Assembly: GCA_965209115.1 (NCBI GenBank) | Contig: CBDBQD010000001.1 | Span: forward strand, 843,154 to 907,153 | Reading direction: 5' to 3' | Length of the DNA stretch: 64,000 bases | Source of the DNA: Acidimicrobiales bacterium | GTDB lineage: Bacteria > Actinomycetota > Acidimicrobiia > Acidimicrobiales > CATQHL01 | Part shown: positions 39,237 to 48,659 of the stretch, one piece after another | Layout of the letters: every line of letters starts with the position of its first letter | Numbering within the stretch: the first letter of the stretch is position 1 | The notes under the pieces: model-generated | The model's database searches: none | The model's input: the letters and a program-made list of their open reading frames with translations, nothing else | Told to the model about the DNA's origin: nothing | Translations under genes and position numbers: made by a program

Positions 39237-40439
39237 GTGCTCATGGCACGCGATCGACACTTCTACGTCGAGTCGTTCGACACCGTCCGCCTGAACTCGT
39301 TCCGGATCGACCAGTCGCCGTTCGCCGACCGGTACGTCACCGATCAGACGGTCTTCTGCCTGTACTGCGATCGCCTGTATCCCGTCAAGATGTCCCCTGG
39401 CGAGGATCCCGTGGCCAACTATTGGAAGCTGCGCCGCGGGGTCCTGCTGTACGACGTGCCGGAGAAGCCGCTCGAGGTTGTCGGCGCCGATGCCGGCCGG
39501 CTGCTCGAGCGGGTCTTGGCGTGCCGGGTCGAGACGCTCTCGGTGGGCCGGGCCCGCTACGGCATCGCCTGCGACGCCGACGGCGCCGTCCTGATGGACG
39601 GCGTGGTGATGCGCCTGGCGGAGGATCGCTTCTGGTACGTCAAGGCGAACGGCGAGTTCGAGAGTTGGCTGAGTGCGAACGCCCTCGGGCTGGACGCCGA
39701 GGTCTCCGATCCGAACTCGCGGGTGTTGCAGATCCAGGGCCCCAAGTCGCTCGATGTTCTGGATGCGGCGATCGGCGGTGGATTGTCGGCCGACTTCAGG
39801 TACTTCCATGCTGGCTTCTTCGATGTCTGCGGCCAGACGCTGTGGGTCTCCCGCACCGGCTGGACAGGGGAGACGGGGATCGAGATCTATTGCAACAGCG
39901 GTCCCGAGCCGACCGATCACGGCGCCCTCTGGGACGGTCTGTTCGCCTGCGGTGAGCCCTTCGGCATGGAGTTCAGCTCGGCGTCATCGATGGGTATCCG
40001 GCGCGTCGAGTCGGGGATCCTCGACAACGGCACCGACATCGAGCCGGACCTGACGCCGTTCGGCGCCGGCCTCGGGCAGTTCATCAGGCTCGACAAGGAG
40101 GACTTCATCGGCCGGGCCGCGCTCGAGGCCGCGGATCGCAGACAACTGCTGTTCGGCCTGGTCTGTGCGACCGCCACACCCGAAGCCGGCCTCGCTGTGC
40201 ACTTCGGGAACCGACCTGTCGGGCACGTGACGATCGGAACGTGGTCACCGACGCTGGAGGCCGGCGTCGGTTACGTGCGCTTCGATCGGCCGCTTCCCGG
40301 CGGGGACTGGCTGGGGGAGACGGTGCTGCTGGTGGACCGCGACGGAACACCGCACGAGGCGACCGCGGACACGCTGCCGTTCGTCGACAAGGAGAAGCGG
40401 CTCCCCCGCACCACCTGGAGCGGTCCGGCAGCCGGCTGA
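39237..40439 (+). CDS. Aminomethyltransferase (GcvT)-family protein, possibly a tetrahydrofolate-dependent demethylase
   Basis: 400 aa with GcvT-fold landmarks (YDVPEKPLEVVG..., VSRTGWTGETGIEIY). No glycine-cleavage partners are nearby. Confidence 0.7.
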   Translation: MLMARDRHFYVESFDTVRLNSFRIDQSPFADRYVTDQTVFCLYCDRLYPVKMSPGEDPVANYWKLRRGVLLYDVPEKPLEVVGADAGRLLERVLACRVETLSVGRARYGIACDADGAVLMDGVVMRLAEDRFWYVKANGEFESWLSANALGLDAEVSDPNSRVLQIQGPKSLDVLDAAIGGGLSADFRYFHAGFFDVCGQTLWVSRTGWTGETGIEIYCNSGPEPTDHGALWDGLFACGEPFGMEFSSASSMGIRRVESGILDNGTDIEPDLTPFGAGLGQFIRLDKEDFIGRAALEAADRRQLLFGLVCATATPEAGLAVHFGNRPVGHVTIGTWSPTLEAGVGYVRFDRPLPGGDWLGETVLLVDRDGTPHEATADTLPFVDKEKRLPRTTWSGPAAG

Positions 40440-40492
40440 GCCGGCGCGCCGCGCCCGGATCAGCGTCGCTGGTCCTGGGTTATTCTGGTGCC

Positions 40493-41368
40493 ATGACCGC
40501 CTGGTGCCGGATCCGCGGCGAGGCGGGCCCCGTCGTGGCGGCCCGCCGCAACGGCGAGTTGCGGCCCGCCCGTGCCGGTGGCCACGCCATCAGTGACCTG
40601 CACCCGATCATCAGGGGCGACCTCGGTGCCGCCGACGTGGAGTTGGGCGCCCCGGTCGCCCTCGCCGACGCCCGGTTGCTCGCGCCCATCGGCTCGTTCC
40701 CGCGCAACATCTTCTGCATCGGCAAGAACTACCGGGCGCACGCGCTGGAGTTCACCACCAGCGGGTTCGACGCCTCCGCCGGCGCGGCGACCCCGACCGA
40801 CGTCATCCCCACGGCGCCGATCGTGTTCTCGAAGCCCTTCACCTCGGTCATCGGCCCGGGCGACGTGATCGAATCGCACTCGCACCTCACCTCGAAGCTG
40901 GACTACGAGGCCGAGTTGGCGGTCGTGATCGGCCGCGGCGGGCGGGACATCGCCCTCGAAGGCGCCCTCGATCACGTCTTCGGCTACACCATCGTCAACG
41001 ACGTCACCGCCAGGGATCGCCAGCAGCAGCACCGCCAGTGGCTGCTGGGCAAGGGCCTGGACACGTTCTGCCCCATGGGACCGGCCGTCGTGACCGCCGA
41101 CGAGGTCGACCTCGCCGACACCGTCGTGGAATGCCGCGTCAACGGCGAACTCCGCCAGGAGGCCCCGGTCGCCGACTTGATCTTCGACGTCCCGACGCTG
41201 ATCCGCGACCTGTCTGCCGGCATGACCCTCGTGCCCGGCGACGTCATCGCCACGGGGACGCCCGCCGGCGTGGGCATCGGCTTCGACCCGCCGCGCTTCC
41301 TCAAGCCCGGCGACGAGGTGGCGGCGACCATCGAACCCATCGGAACCCTCACGAACAGGATTGGATGA
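40493..41368 (+). CDS. Fumarylacetoacetate hydrolase (FAH)-family protein
   Basis: 291 aa from ATG 40493. FCIGKNYRAHA, LDYEAELAVVIG and GTPAGVG motifs. Confidence 0.85.
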   Translation: MTAWCRIRGEAGPVVAARRNGELRPARAGGHAISDLHPIIRGDLGAADVELGAPVALADARLLAPIGSFPRNIFCIGKNYRAHALEFTTSGFDASAGAATPTDVIPTAPIVFSKPFTSVIGPGDVIESHSHLTSKLDYEAELAVVIGRGGRDIALEGALDHVFGYTIVNDVTARDRQQQHRQWLLGKGLDTFCPMGPAVVTADEVDLADTVVECRVNGELRQEAPVADLIFDVPTLIRDLSAGMTLVPGDVIATGTPAGVGIGFDPPRFLKPGDEVAATIEPIGTLTNRIG

Positions 41369-42156
41369 CCATGGCCACAGGCTTTCGCGCCCTCGGAAAC
41401 AAGCACGTCTGGGTCGAGGAGACCGGCGACGGACCCGCCGTCGTGGGCATCCACGGCCTCGGAGGCACGTGCAACATCTACGGGCCGCAGATCGCCGCGC
41501 TGGGGGACACCCACCGCATCGTGACCTTCGACCTCAACGGGCACGGCATGAGCCCCATGGTCGGCCCCATCTCCATCGAGAACTGGGCCGGCGACGTCGT
41601 CGCCCTCATGGACGATCTGGAGCTGGCGGAAGTCGCCCTCGTCTCGCACTCCATGGGCACGCTGGTGGCCCAGCAGGTGATGGCCATCGCCGGCGAGCGC
41701 ATCCGGGCGTCCGCCCTGCTCGGCCCGGTGCGCAACCTGCCGGACGCGGCCCGCAGCGCCCAGACCGATCGTGCCGCGCTGGTGCGGGCCCAGGGCATGG
41801 CGGCGGTGGCCGGCGGCATCTCCCAGGGCGCCGTGTCCGCCAAGACGCGCTCGGACCGTCCCGTCGTCTCCGCGATGATCAAGGAACTGCTGCAGCGCCA
41901 GTCCGCCGAGGGCTATGCAGCCGCCTGCGAGGCTCTGGGCGGCTCGAGCCCGCCGGACATCTCGCGCGTCACCTGCCCGGTGCTGGGCGTCACCGGCACC
42001 GAGGACATGGTCTGCCCGCCGGACGCGCTGGGCGCCATCACCGGAGAGTTCGCCGACAGCACCGCCGTGGTCATCGACGACATCGGGCACTGGACCACGC
42101 TGGAGGCCCCGGCCGAGGTGAACGACCTGCTGGAGGACTTCCTGAAGACGGCCTGA
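41365..42156 (+). CDS. Alpha/beta hydrolase (enol-lactonase-like)
   Basis: 263 aa. HGLGG oxyanion region, nucleophile elbow SHSMGT and C-terminal His context IGHW. ATG 41365 overlaps the FAH stop (ATGA). Confidence 0.8.
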   Translation: MTMATGFRALGNKHVWVEETGDGPAVVGIHGLGGTCNIYGPQIAALGDTHRIVTFDLNGHGMSPMVGPISIENWAGDVVALMDDLELAEVALVSHSMGTLVAQQVMAIAGERIRASALLGPVRNLPDAARSAQTDRAALVRAQGMAAVAGGISQGAVSAKTRSDRPVVSAMIKELLQRQSAEGYAAACEALGGSSPPDISRVTCPVLGVTGTEDMVCPPDALGAITGEFADSTAVVIDDIGHWTTLEAPAEVNDLLEDFLKTA

Positions 42157-42218
42157 GTTCCCCGTTTGGTGCGCCTGCCGCAAAACACGACAACCGATCA
42201 AGACAAGGGAGGGGGAAC

Positions 42219-43451
42219 ATGGTCAGCACCCTGTTCACGAACATCAACATCCTGGACGGCAACGCGGAGGGACCGGTCGCAGGCGAGGTGAGCGTCGCCG
42301 ACGGCCGGATCAGCGACGTCGCCGCGAACGGCGGGGCACTGCCCCGCGAAGACCACCGGGTGATCGACGGCCGCGGCATGACGCTCATGTCGGGCCTGTG
42401 CGACGCCCACACGCACTTCACCTGGAACAGCGGCGGCAGCCTCGACGCCCTGGCGGGCATGCCCGTGGAGGACCACACGATCGTGGCCGTGGAGTCGGCG
42501 CGCATCCTGATCGACTCCGGCTACACGATGTGCGTCGGCGCCGCCTCGGCCAAGGAGCGCATCGACATCGCCGCGCGCGACGCCATCGACGCCGGCATGG
42601 TCCCCGGGCCCCGCTACCTGGCCTGTGGTCAGGAGCTCGCCACGCCCGCCGGCGTGCTGGTCTACGGCATCACGCGCGAGGTCTCCGGCGCCGAGGAGAT
42701 GAGCCGCGCCGTGCGGGAGATGTGCGGCCAGGGCGTCGACAACATCAAGCTGATCCTCTCCGGCGAGTCGATCACCGAGCGGGTCTGGGCCAAGGACACC
42801 TACATGACCGACGAGGAGGTGCGTGCCGCGGTCGTCGAGGCCCACCGGGTCGGCAAGAAGGTCGCGGCCCACGCCCGCAGCACCGACTCCATCAAGCAGT
42901 GCCTGCGCCAGGGCGTCGACGTCATCTACCACGCCAGCTACATCGACGACGAGGCGGCGGACATGATGGAGGAGCGCCGTGACGACATATTCGTGGCGCC
43001 GGGGCTGCACTGGCTGTATGCCACCCTCTACGAGGCGGCCGACTTCGGCTACCCCCAGGAGGCCGCCGAGGCCGTGGGGTACAAGGACGAACTCGAGCAC
43101 TCGATCATCGGGCTCAAGGAGATCCACAAGCGGGGCGTGCGCGTGCTGCCCGGCGGCGACTACGGCTTCGCCTGGACACCGCACGGCACCAACGCCCGCG
43201 ACCTGCAGCACTTCGTGGAGTTGCTGGACTTCACGCCCATGGAGACGATCCGGGCCGCCACCGTCCTCGGGGGGGAGATCTTCGGGCGCCCCGACGAGCT
43301 GGGCCGCGTCGCGCCGGGCTACCTGGCGGACCTCCTGCTGGTCAACGGCGATCCCTCCAGCGACATCACCGTGCTCCAGGACCACGACAAGCTGGTCGGG
43401 ATCATGAAGGACGGGAAGTGGCACAAGGATCCCGCCATGGCGGGGATGTAA
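42219..43451 (+). CDS. Metal-dependent amidohydrolase
   Basis: 410 aa from ATG 42219 (RBS aagggaggggg). Metal-binding DAHTHF and an amidohydrolase-fold tail (ADLLLVNGDP). Confidence 0.8.
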   Translation: MVSTLFTNINILDGNAEGPVAGEVSVADGRISDVAANGGALPREDHRVIDGRGMTLMSGLCDAHTHFTWNSGGSLDALAGMPVEDHTIVAVESARILIDSGYTMCVGAASAKERIDIAARDAIDAGMVPGPRYLACGQELATPAGVLVYGITREVSGAEEMSRAVREMCGQGVDNIKLILSGESITERVWAKDTYMTDEEVRAAVVEAHRVGKKVAAHARSTDSIKQCLRQGVDVIYHASYIDDEAADMMEERRDDIFVAPGLHWLYATLYEAADFGYPQEAAEAVGYKDELEHSIIGLKEIHKRGVRVLPGGDYGFAWTPHGTNARDLQHFVELLDFTPMETIRAATVLGGEIFGRPDELGRVAPGYLADLLLVNGDPSSDITVLQDHDKLVGIMKDGKWHKDPAMAGM

Positions 43452-43480
43452 GCGGCCGGCCACGTTGACGGACCACACCG

Positions 43481-43497
43481 CGGGGGCCGCGCCCCCG
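43481..43497 (+). terminator. GC hairpin after the amidohydrolase gene
   Basis: cgggggc-cgc-gcccccg, a 7-bp stem 30 nt past the stop. No U-tract. Confidence 0.3.
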
Positions 43498-43515
43498 GAC
43501 TGCTGAGGCTCGACC

Positions 43516-44385
43516 TTGGACTTCGTAGCCAAAGCCGTGATCATCGGCCTGACCGAGCAGGCCCCGCTGGTGCTGGCGGCCATGGGTATGGTCCTCATCT
43601 ACAACCTCAGCAAGGTCATCAACGTGGCCTTCGCCGAGACCATCACCCTGGGCGCCTACTTCGGGATGTGGATGAACACCACGTTCTCTGCCAACTTCTA
43701 CCTGAGCCTGGCGGTCGCCGGGATCCTGGCCGGCGTGCTGAGCTGCGCCACCTACCTCGTGGTCTTCCGCACGGCCGAGCGCCGCGGCGTGGGCACCGTG
43801 GAGGTGATCATCATCTCGCTGGGGCTCTCGGTGCTGCTGCGTTACGGCCTGCAGTTCGTGTTCGGCTACGAGGCCCGCTTCTACGACACGCCGCCGCCGA
43901 CCTTCATGAAGCTGTTCGGCGTGGGATTCACCTCCTTCCAGCTCACGGCCTTCATCCTGGTGGTCGTCCTGGCCCTGCTCTTCTACCTGTTCGTGCAGAA
44001 GACCGTCTGGGGGCGCCAGGTGCGGGCGCTGGCCAGCGACGCCGACCTGGCCAAGGTGAGCGGCATCAACCCGCTGCTGACGACGCTGGTGATGTGGTTC
44101 ATGGCCGGCGCCGCGGGCGGCCTGGCCGGTGCCTTCTGGGGCGTCGGCTCATCCGCCAAGCCGGGACTGGGCTGGGACCGGTTCCTGCTGACCCTGCTCG
44201 TGGTGCTGGTCGGTGGGACCCGGGGCCTGCGCGGCGTGATCCTGGCCGGCATGGGCACCGGCGTTCTGCTGTCGGCCCTGAAGCTGGAGATCGCCCCGCT
44301 GCGGGCCGAGATCGTGCTGCTGACAGCCTTCATCCTGGTGCTGAAGCTGCGCGGCAACCGCTTCCGTGAGTTGGCCAAGGTCTGA
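43516..44385 (+). CDS. Branched-chain-amino-acid-type ABC permease (LivH-like)
   Basis: 289 aa, polytopic, with a TTG start. First gene of a five-gene transporter block. Confidence 0.85.
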   Translation: MDFVAKAVIIGLTEQAPLVLAAMGMVLIYNLSKVINVAFAETITLGAYFGMWMNTTFSANFYLSLAVAGILAGVLSCATYLVVFRTAERRGVGTVEVIIISLGLSVLLRYGLQFVFGYEARFYDTPPPTFMKLFGVGFTSFQLTAFILVVVLALLFYLFVQKTVWGRQVRALASDADLAKVSGINPLLTTLVMWFMAGAAGGLAGAFWGVGSSAKPGLGWDRFLLTLLVVLVGGTRGLRGVILAGMGTGVLLSALKLEIAPLRAEIVLLTAFILVLKLRGNRFRELAKV

Positions 44386-44388
44386 GCG

Positions 44389-45330
44389 ATGAGCGCCGTC
44401 TGGGACTACCTCTTCGGATCGCCGGCGTTCCTGATCTTCGGCACCTACACGCTGATGATGATCGTGGGACTCGGGATACTCCTGCACCTTCAACTCGGCG
44501 TGACGGGCATCGGCAACTTCGGCGTCGCCGGCTTCTGGGGCGCCGGGCTCTACACCTTCGGGATCCTGCAGGTGCACTACGACGTGGGGTTCTGGTTGGC
44601 CCTGCTGGCGGCCACTGCGGCAGGTGGCGTGCTCGGCGCCATCGCCGGCTGGGTCATCGCCGACCTCGACGACGACGGCGTGCTGGCCGCCACCCTGGCG
44701 GTGGCGACCATCGTGTTCCTGGCCATCGAGAGCGAGAAGGACATCACCGGTGGCCGGGTGGGTCTGGGCACCATCGATTTCCCCTTCGACGTGGGCGAAC
44801 GCACCGACCTGGCGTGGCTGGGGATCCTCTTCGGCGTCACCGGCGTGCTGCTCTGGTACGCCCGGAGGGTCCACCGCTCGCCCTACGGGCGCCTGCTGAT
44901 CGCCACCGGCACCAACGAGCCGCTGGCCCGCAGCCTCCGCAAGCCGGTGAAGCGCACCAAGGTCGGGATCATGGCGCTCACCTCGGCCGGCATGGGCGCC
45001 CTCGGCGGTCTCTACGGCCCGATCGTGCACTTCCTGTTCCCCACCCAGTTGACCGTGGCGATCACCGTGTCGGTGATCACCGCCCTGGTGCTGGGTGGCC
45101 AGCAGCGGCCCTGGGGAGCCTTCGTCGGAGCGGTGCTGACGGTGGGGCTGTTCGACATCGCCATCAAGCTGTACGTGCCCCTGCCCAGGGAGGTGCTGGA
45201 ACACGCCTTCCCGGTCACCAAGCAGATCATCTTCGGGGCGCTGCTGATCTTCGTGCTGCTCTTCCGCCCGCTGGGGATCCTGGGCCGCATGCGCCGGGAG
45301 CGGCACGTGAAGGGGCTGTCCCGTGTCTGA
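44389..45330 (+). CDS. Branched-chain-amino-acid-type ABC permease (LivM-like)
   Basis: 313 aa, polytopic. Confidence 0.85.
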   Translation: MSAVWDYLFGSPAFLIFGTYTLMMIVGLGILLHLQLGVTGIGNFGVAGFWGAGLYTFGILQVHYDVGFWLALLAATAAGGVLGAIAGWVIADLDDDGVLAATLAVATIVFLAIESEKDITGGRVGLGTIDFPFDVGERTDLAWLGILFGVTGVLLWYARRVHRSPYGRLLIATGTNEPLARSLRKPVKRTKVGIMALTSAGMGALGGLYGPIVHFLFPTQLTVAITVSVITALVLGGQQRPWGAFVGAVLTVGLFDIAIKLYVPLPREVLEHAFPVTKQIIFGALLIFVLLFRPLGILGRMRRERHVKGLSRV

Positions 45331-46111
45331 GGGCAACGGCAGCACGCCGGGCGGTCGCGCCGTGATCCGCATCAGCGGGCTCACCAAGAGCTTCGGCGAT
45401 CAGACCGTCGTGGACATCGACGAGTTGGTGCTGGGCGCCGAGCCCGTCGAAGGCCTCATCGGCCCCAACGGCGCGGGCAAGACCACCCTGATGCGCCTGA
45501 TCATGCGCTCCACGAGGGCCGACACCGGCACGGTGGTGCTCGACGACGGTTCGTCGGAGGTGGTGCTCTCGAAGCTGGCGCCGCACCGGATCGCCTCCCT
45601 GGGCGTGGTGAAGACCAACCAGGTGACCCAGGACTTCGCCGGTCTGACCATCTGGGACTCGCTGTTGCTGGCCGTGGCGCGACGCCACGACGAGCGGCCG
45701 CACCGGATCTACCGGGAGCGCCACGTCGTGGAAGCCCACGGCGAGGAGATCCAGGGCTACCTGGACACCTTCGAGTTCTCCGAGCCCGGTGGCTTCGCCC
45801 ACTCCGCCGGCGAGAAGAAGCTCCTGGACCTGATCCGCTGCCTGCTCCTCGAGCCGAAGATCCTGCTGCTGGACGAGCCCACGGCCGGCCTCTCCGAGGA
45901 GGTGACCGCCCAGGTCATCGAGATGCTTCGCACCAAGGTGGCCGATGGCATGTCGGTGATCATCGTGGAGCACGATCTGGACGTCATCTGGGGGTTCAGC
46001 GACGTGGTGCATTTCATGGCCGAGGGCGACGTGATCCTCGAGGGCGATCCCGACTACATCCGGGCGCACAGCACCGTGGTGGAGAAGTACCTCGGGAGCG
46101 GCCATGTTTGA
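45323..46111 (+). CDS. ABC ATP-binding protein (LivG-like)
   Basis: Walker A GPNGAGKTT and Walker B LLLDEPTAG. Overlaps both neighbours. Confidence 0.9.
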   Translation: MSEGNGSTPGGRAVIRISGLTKSFGDQTVVDIDELVLGAEPVEGLIGPNGAGKTTLMRLIMRSTRADTGTVVLDDGSSEVVLSKLAPHRIASLGVVKTNQVTQDFAGLTIWDSLLLAVARRHDERPHRIYRERHVVEAHGEEIQGYLDTFEFSEPGGFAHSAGEKKLLDLIRCLLLEPKILLLDEPTAGLSEEVTAQVIEMLRTKVADGMSVIIVEHDLDVIWGFSDVVHFMAEGDVILEGDPDYIRAHSTVVEKYLGSGHV

Positions 46112-46796
46112 GGCGAGCGGCGTCCGGACCGGCTACGACGACATCGACGTCATCAAGGGCCTGGACTTCACCGTCGGCGAGGAGGTGTTCGCCATCCTGG
46201 GGGCGAACGGAGCAGGCAAGACGACGCTGCTCTCGGCCATCGCCGGCTTGCTGCCGCTCACATCGGGGCGGATCCGCTTCAACGGAGAGACGATCTCGGG
46301 CATACCACCCTGGCGCATCGCCGCCCTCGGCATCGGTTTCGTCCCGCAGGAAAGGGGCGTGTTCCCCGACCTCACCGTGCTGGACAACCTGCGGGTGGGC
46401 GGTCTGGTCGCCAAGCAGGCGCGCGGCGAGCGCATCGATGAGATCATGGAGCTGTTCCCGGCGCTCGCGGGTCTGCGCAACCAGCGGGCCGGCACTCTGA
46501 GCGGCGGGGAGACCAAGATGGTGGCCGCCGGCAGGGCCCTGATGCAGGACGCCAGGCTCCTGCTGATGGACGAGCCGACGGCCGGTCTGTCCCCGCTCTA
46601 CGTCGAGAACTTCTTCGACAGGATCCGCCGGATCCACGAGACCAAGCAGGTGGCCATCATCATCACCGAGCAGAACGCCACGAAGGCCCTCGAAGTGGCC
46701 GACAGGGCGATGGTGCTCAGCCTCGGCGAGGCGATGACCATCGTGGACGCACACGACCTCACAACCGACCAGTTGAGGAAAGGATACAAGATATGA
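46104..46796 (+). CDS. ABC ATP-binding protein (LivF-like)
   Basis: Walker A GANGAGKTT, signature LSGGE and Walker B LLMDEPTAG. Confidence 0.9.
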   Translation: MFEASGVRTGYDDIDVIKGLDFTVGEEVFAILGANGAGKTTLLSAIAGLLPLTSGRIRFNGETISGIPPWRIAALGIGFVPQERGVFPDLTVLDNLRVGGLVAKQARGERIDEIMELFPALAGLRNQRAGTLSGGETKMVAAGRALMQDARLLLMDEPTAGLSPLYVENFFDRIRRIHETKQVAIIITEQNATKALEVADRAMVLSLGEAMTIVDAHDLTTDQLRKGYKI

Positions 46797-48205
46797 AAAC
46801 CACACACGGACAGAAGGCGAGCGCCAAGCGCTCGCGCAGCTGGGTGTGGCGAGCGGGCGCGGTTCTGCTCGCGGTCAGCCTCTTGGCGGCCGCCTGCGGG
46901 GACGACGACGACGGCGCCGCGGCGCCGCAGCCTGCTCCCGCTCCGGCTCCATCGCCGGATCCCGCACCCGAACCGCCACCGCCGCCGGAGCCGGCGCCGG
47001 TTGAGCCGATCCTGCTGGGCGACCTGGCCTACTTCACCGGCGACTTCGCCTCGGTCGGCGACCTGCTGGCATCACAGGTGGACTTCCCGGTCAACGAGGT
47101 CATCAACCTCGATCCGCCGCTGGGGCGGCCGATCGAGGTGATCCACGAGGACATCGGCACGGTCGGCGAGGCCCAGGCGGTCCGCAAGCTGCTCGAACAG
47201 GACGGAGTCGACATCGTGTTGAGCTCGGCCCACGAGTACTTCACGTACCGGGACTTCATGCTGGACTGGCAGGAGGCCAACGACGGGCCGCTCATGCCGA
47301 CGGTTCACGGCGGCGTGATCCCCGTGAACGTGGGCGGACGCGCCGGCGAGCCGATCTTCCGGGCGCAGGGCAGCGACGAGGGCCAGGGCGTCACCAACGC
47401 TCTGTACGCCGAGGCACTCGGTGCTGGGGCGGTGGTCATCATGACCACGCCAACCGCCGGCTACCAGCTCACCGCCGATGCCACCGAGAAGGCGCTGGAC
47501 GTCATCGGCATCGAATTGCTGGAACGCATCGACGCCCCCGGCGAGCAGTCCTCCTACCGGACCGAGATCCAGCGGGCCGTGGACGCGGCGCCCGACGCCG
47601 TGATCATCCTCGCCCAGGCCACCGAGAGCGCCATCATGGTGAAGCAGTTCGCCGAGGCCGGCTGGGCCGGAACCATCCTCGGTGAGGTCGGCTGGTCCGA
47701 GCCCGAGTTCGCCGCCACGGCGACCGCCGAGGCATTGGCGGAGCACGAACTGGTGGCCTACCCGTCGTTCCACCGCCAGGACAACCCGGCCTGGGACTTC
47801 TACCAGCCGCTCTGGGACGGCAACCCCACCTACACCCAGCACACGATTGCCGATGACCCGTACTCCTTCACCACCTACGACCTGCTGATCGTCACGGCGC
47901 TGGCGATCGAGGAGGCGGGCTCGGTGAACGGCTCGGACTGGGCGCCGGCGATGTTCAAGGTGTCGGGTGCGCCGGGCACGAAGTGCTACACGTACAGCAA
48001 CTGCCTGGCGCTGATCCGGGCGGGCACCGACGTGGACTACGAGGGTGTGACCGGTCCGGCCACCTTCAGCCCCGGTGGCATCAACGCGGTCATCCCCGTG
48101 GTCCGGATCTTCGGCCCCGACGGCGAGATCGCCGATCAGGCCGCCGTGGACTCCGAGCGTCACCTCGAGATCCTCAACCAGGTGGCATTCCAGTTCGAGG
48201 GCTAG
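46793..48205 (+). CDS. Liv-type (PBP-I) ABC substrate-binding lipoprotein with Pro/Ala-rich linker
   Basis: 470 aa with lipobox LLAAC followed by GDDDDGAAAPQPAPAPAPSPDPAPEPPPPPEPAPVEP, then a periplasmic-binding fold. ATG 46793 overlaps the LivF stop (ATGA). Confidence 0.85.
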   Translation: MKTTHGQKASAKRSRSWVWRAGAVLLAVSLLAAACGDDDDGAAAPQPAPAPAPSPDPAPEPPPPPEPAPVEPILLGDLAYFTGDFASVGDLLASQVDFPVNEVINLDPPLGRPIEVIHEDIGTVGEAQAVRKLLEQDGVDIVLSSAHEYFTYRDFMLDWQEANDGPLMPTVHGGVIPVNVGGRAGEPIFRAQGSDEGQGVTNALYAEALGAGAVVIMTTPTAGYQLTADATEKALDVIGIELLERIDAPGEQSSYRTEIQRAVDAAPDAVIILAQATESAIMVKQFAEAGWAGTILGEVGWSEPEFAATATAEALAEHELVAYPSFHRQDNPAWDFYQPLWDGNPTYTQHTIADDPYSFTTYDLLIVTALAIEEAGSVNGSDWAPAMFKVSGAPGTKCYTYSNCLALIRAGTDVDYEGVTGPATFSPGGINAVIPVVRIFGPDGEIADQAAVDSERHLEILNQVAFQFEG

Positions 48206-48224
48206 TCGCCTCGTAACTGACATC

Positions 48225-48255
48225 GTGGGTGGGGCCGTCGACCGGCCCCACCCAC
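48225..48255 (+). terminator. Strong GC hairpin after the transporter operon
   Basis: gtgggtggggccg-tcgac-cggccccacccac, a perfect 13-bp stem 20 nt after the stop. Confidence 0.55.
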
Positions 48256-48336
48256 ACCCCTCCTTCCGGCCCGGCGCGCCTCAGGCACCACGTTGGCCAT
48301 CGTCCCGGCTCTCACCTCGTCGTTCCTACTCCTCCT

Positions 48337-48406
48337 CGTCATTCCGGCCCGCGCCTCATTCGGCGCAGAGCCCGCCCCGGACTCGAGTCAGGGCCGGAAT
48401 CCAGTG
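48337..48406 (+). repeat. REP-like element, copy 4 (expanded: arms separated by a 42-nt insert with its own hairpin)
   Basis: Arms attccggcc (48341-48349) and ggccggaat (48392-48400), with an inner gcgcc-tcattc-ggcgc hairpin. Preceded by about three degenerate 18-mers resembling the 33190 minisatellite unit. Confidence 0.5.
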
Positions 48407-48659
48407 CTGACGATGACGACTGCCGTTGGCTCGGCGCTCTCCCAGGCTCACCGCGGGCCGCGCCGGACTGGCGGTCGGATCGGGAGGCTCCCCATCTGGC
48501 CGGCGAGACCGCACACCGGATTCTCGGACCTCGTCGAAGCACAGGACTGCGGTGACGAACATCGCACTTCGGCAAAATCCCCCGTCGCGCAACACCATAC
48601 GTGTAATTTGGTCCTCGGGCTGCGCCCCGTTCGGCATCCACGGAGCGAAGGAGCGCGTT

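Noticed and set aside
41361-43451. 696-aa track ORF read as one protein. The long upstream extensions of 40241-41368, 41038-42156, 31182-32567, 32114-33178 and 37150-38523 were treated the same way.
   Set aside because: The upstream parts are Arg-rich read-through overlapping the preceding genes in other frames. The real starts are the internal ATG/GTG codons that overlap the upstream stop codon or follow an RBS.
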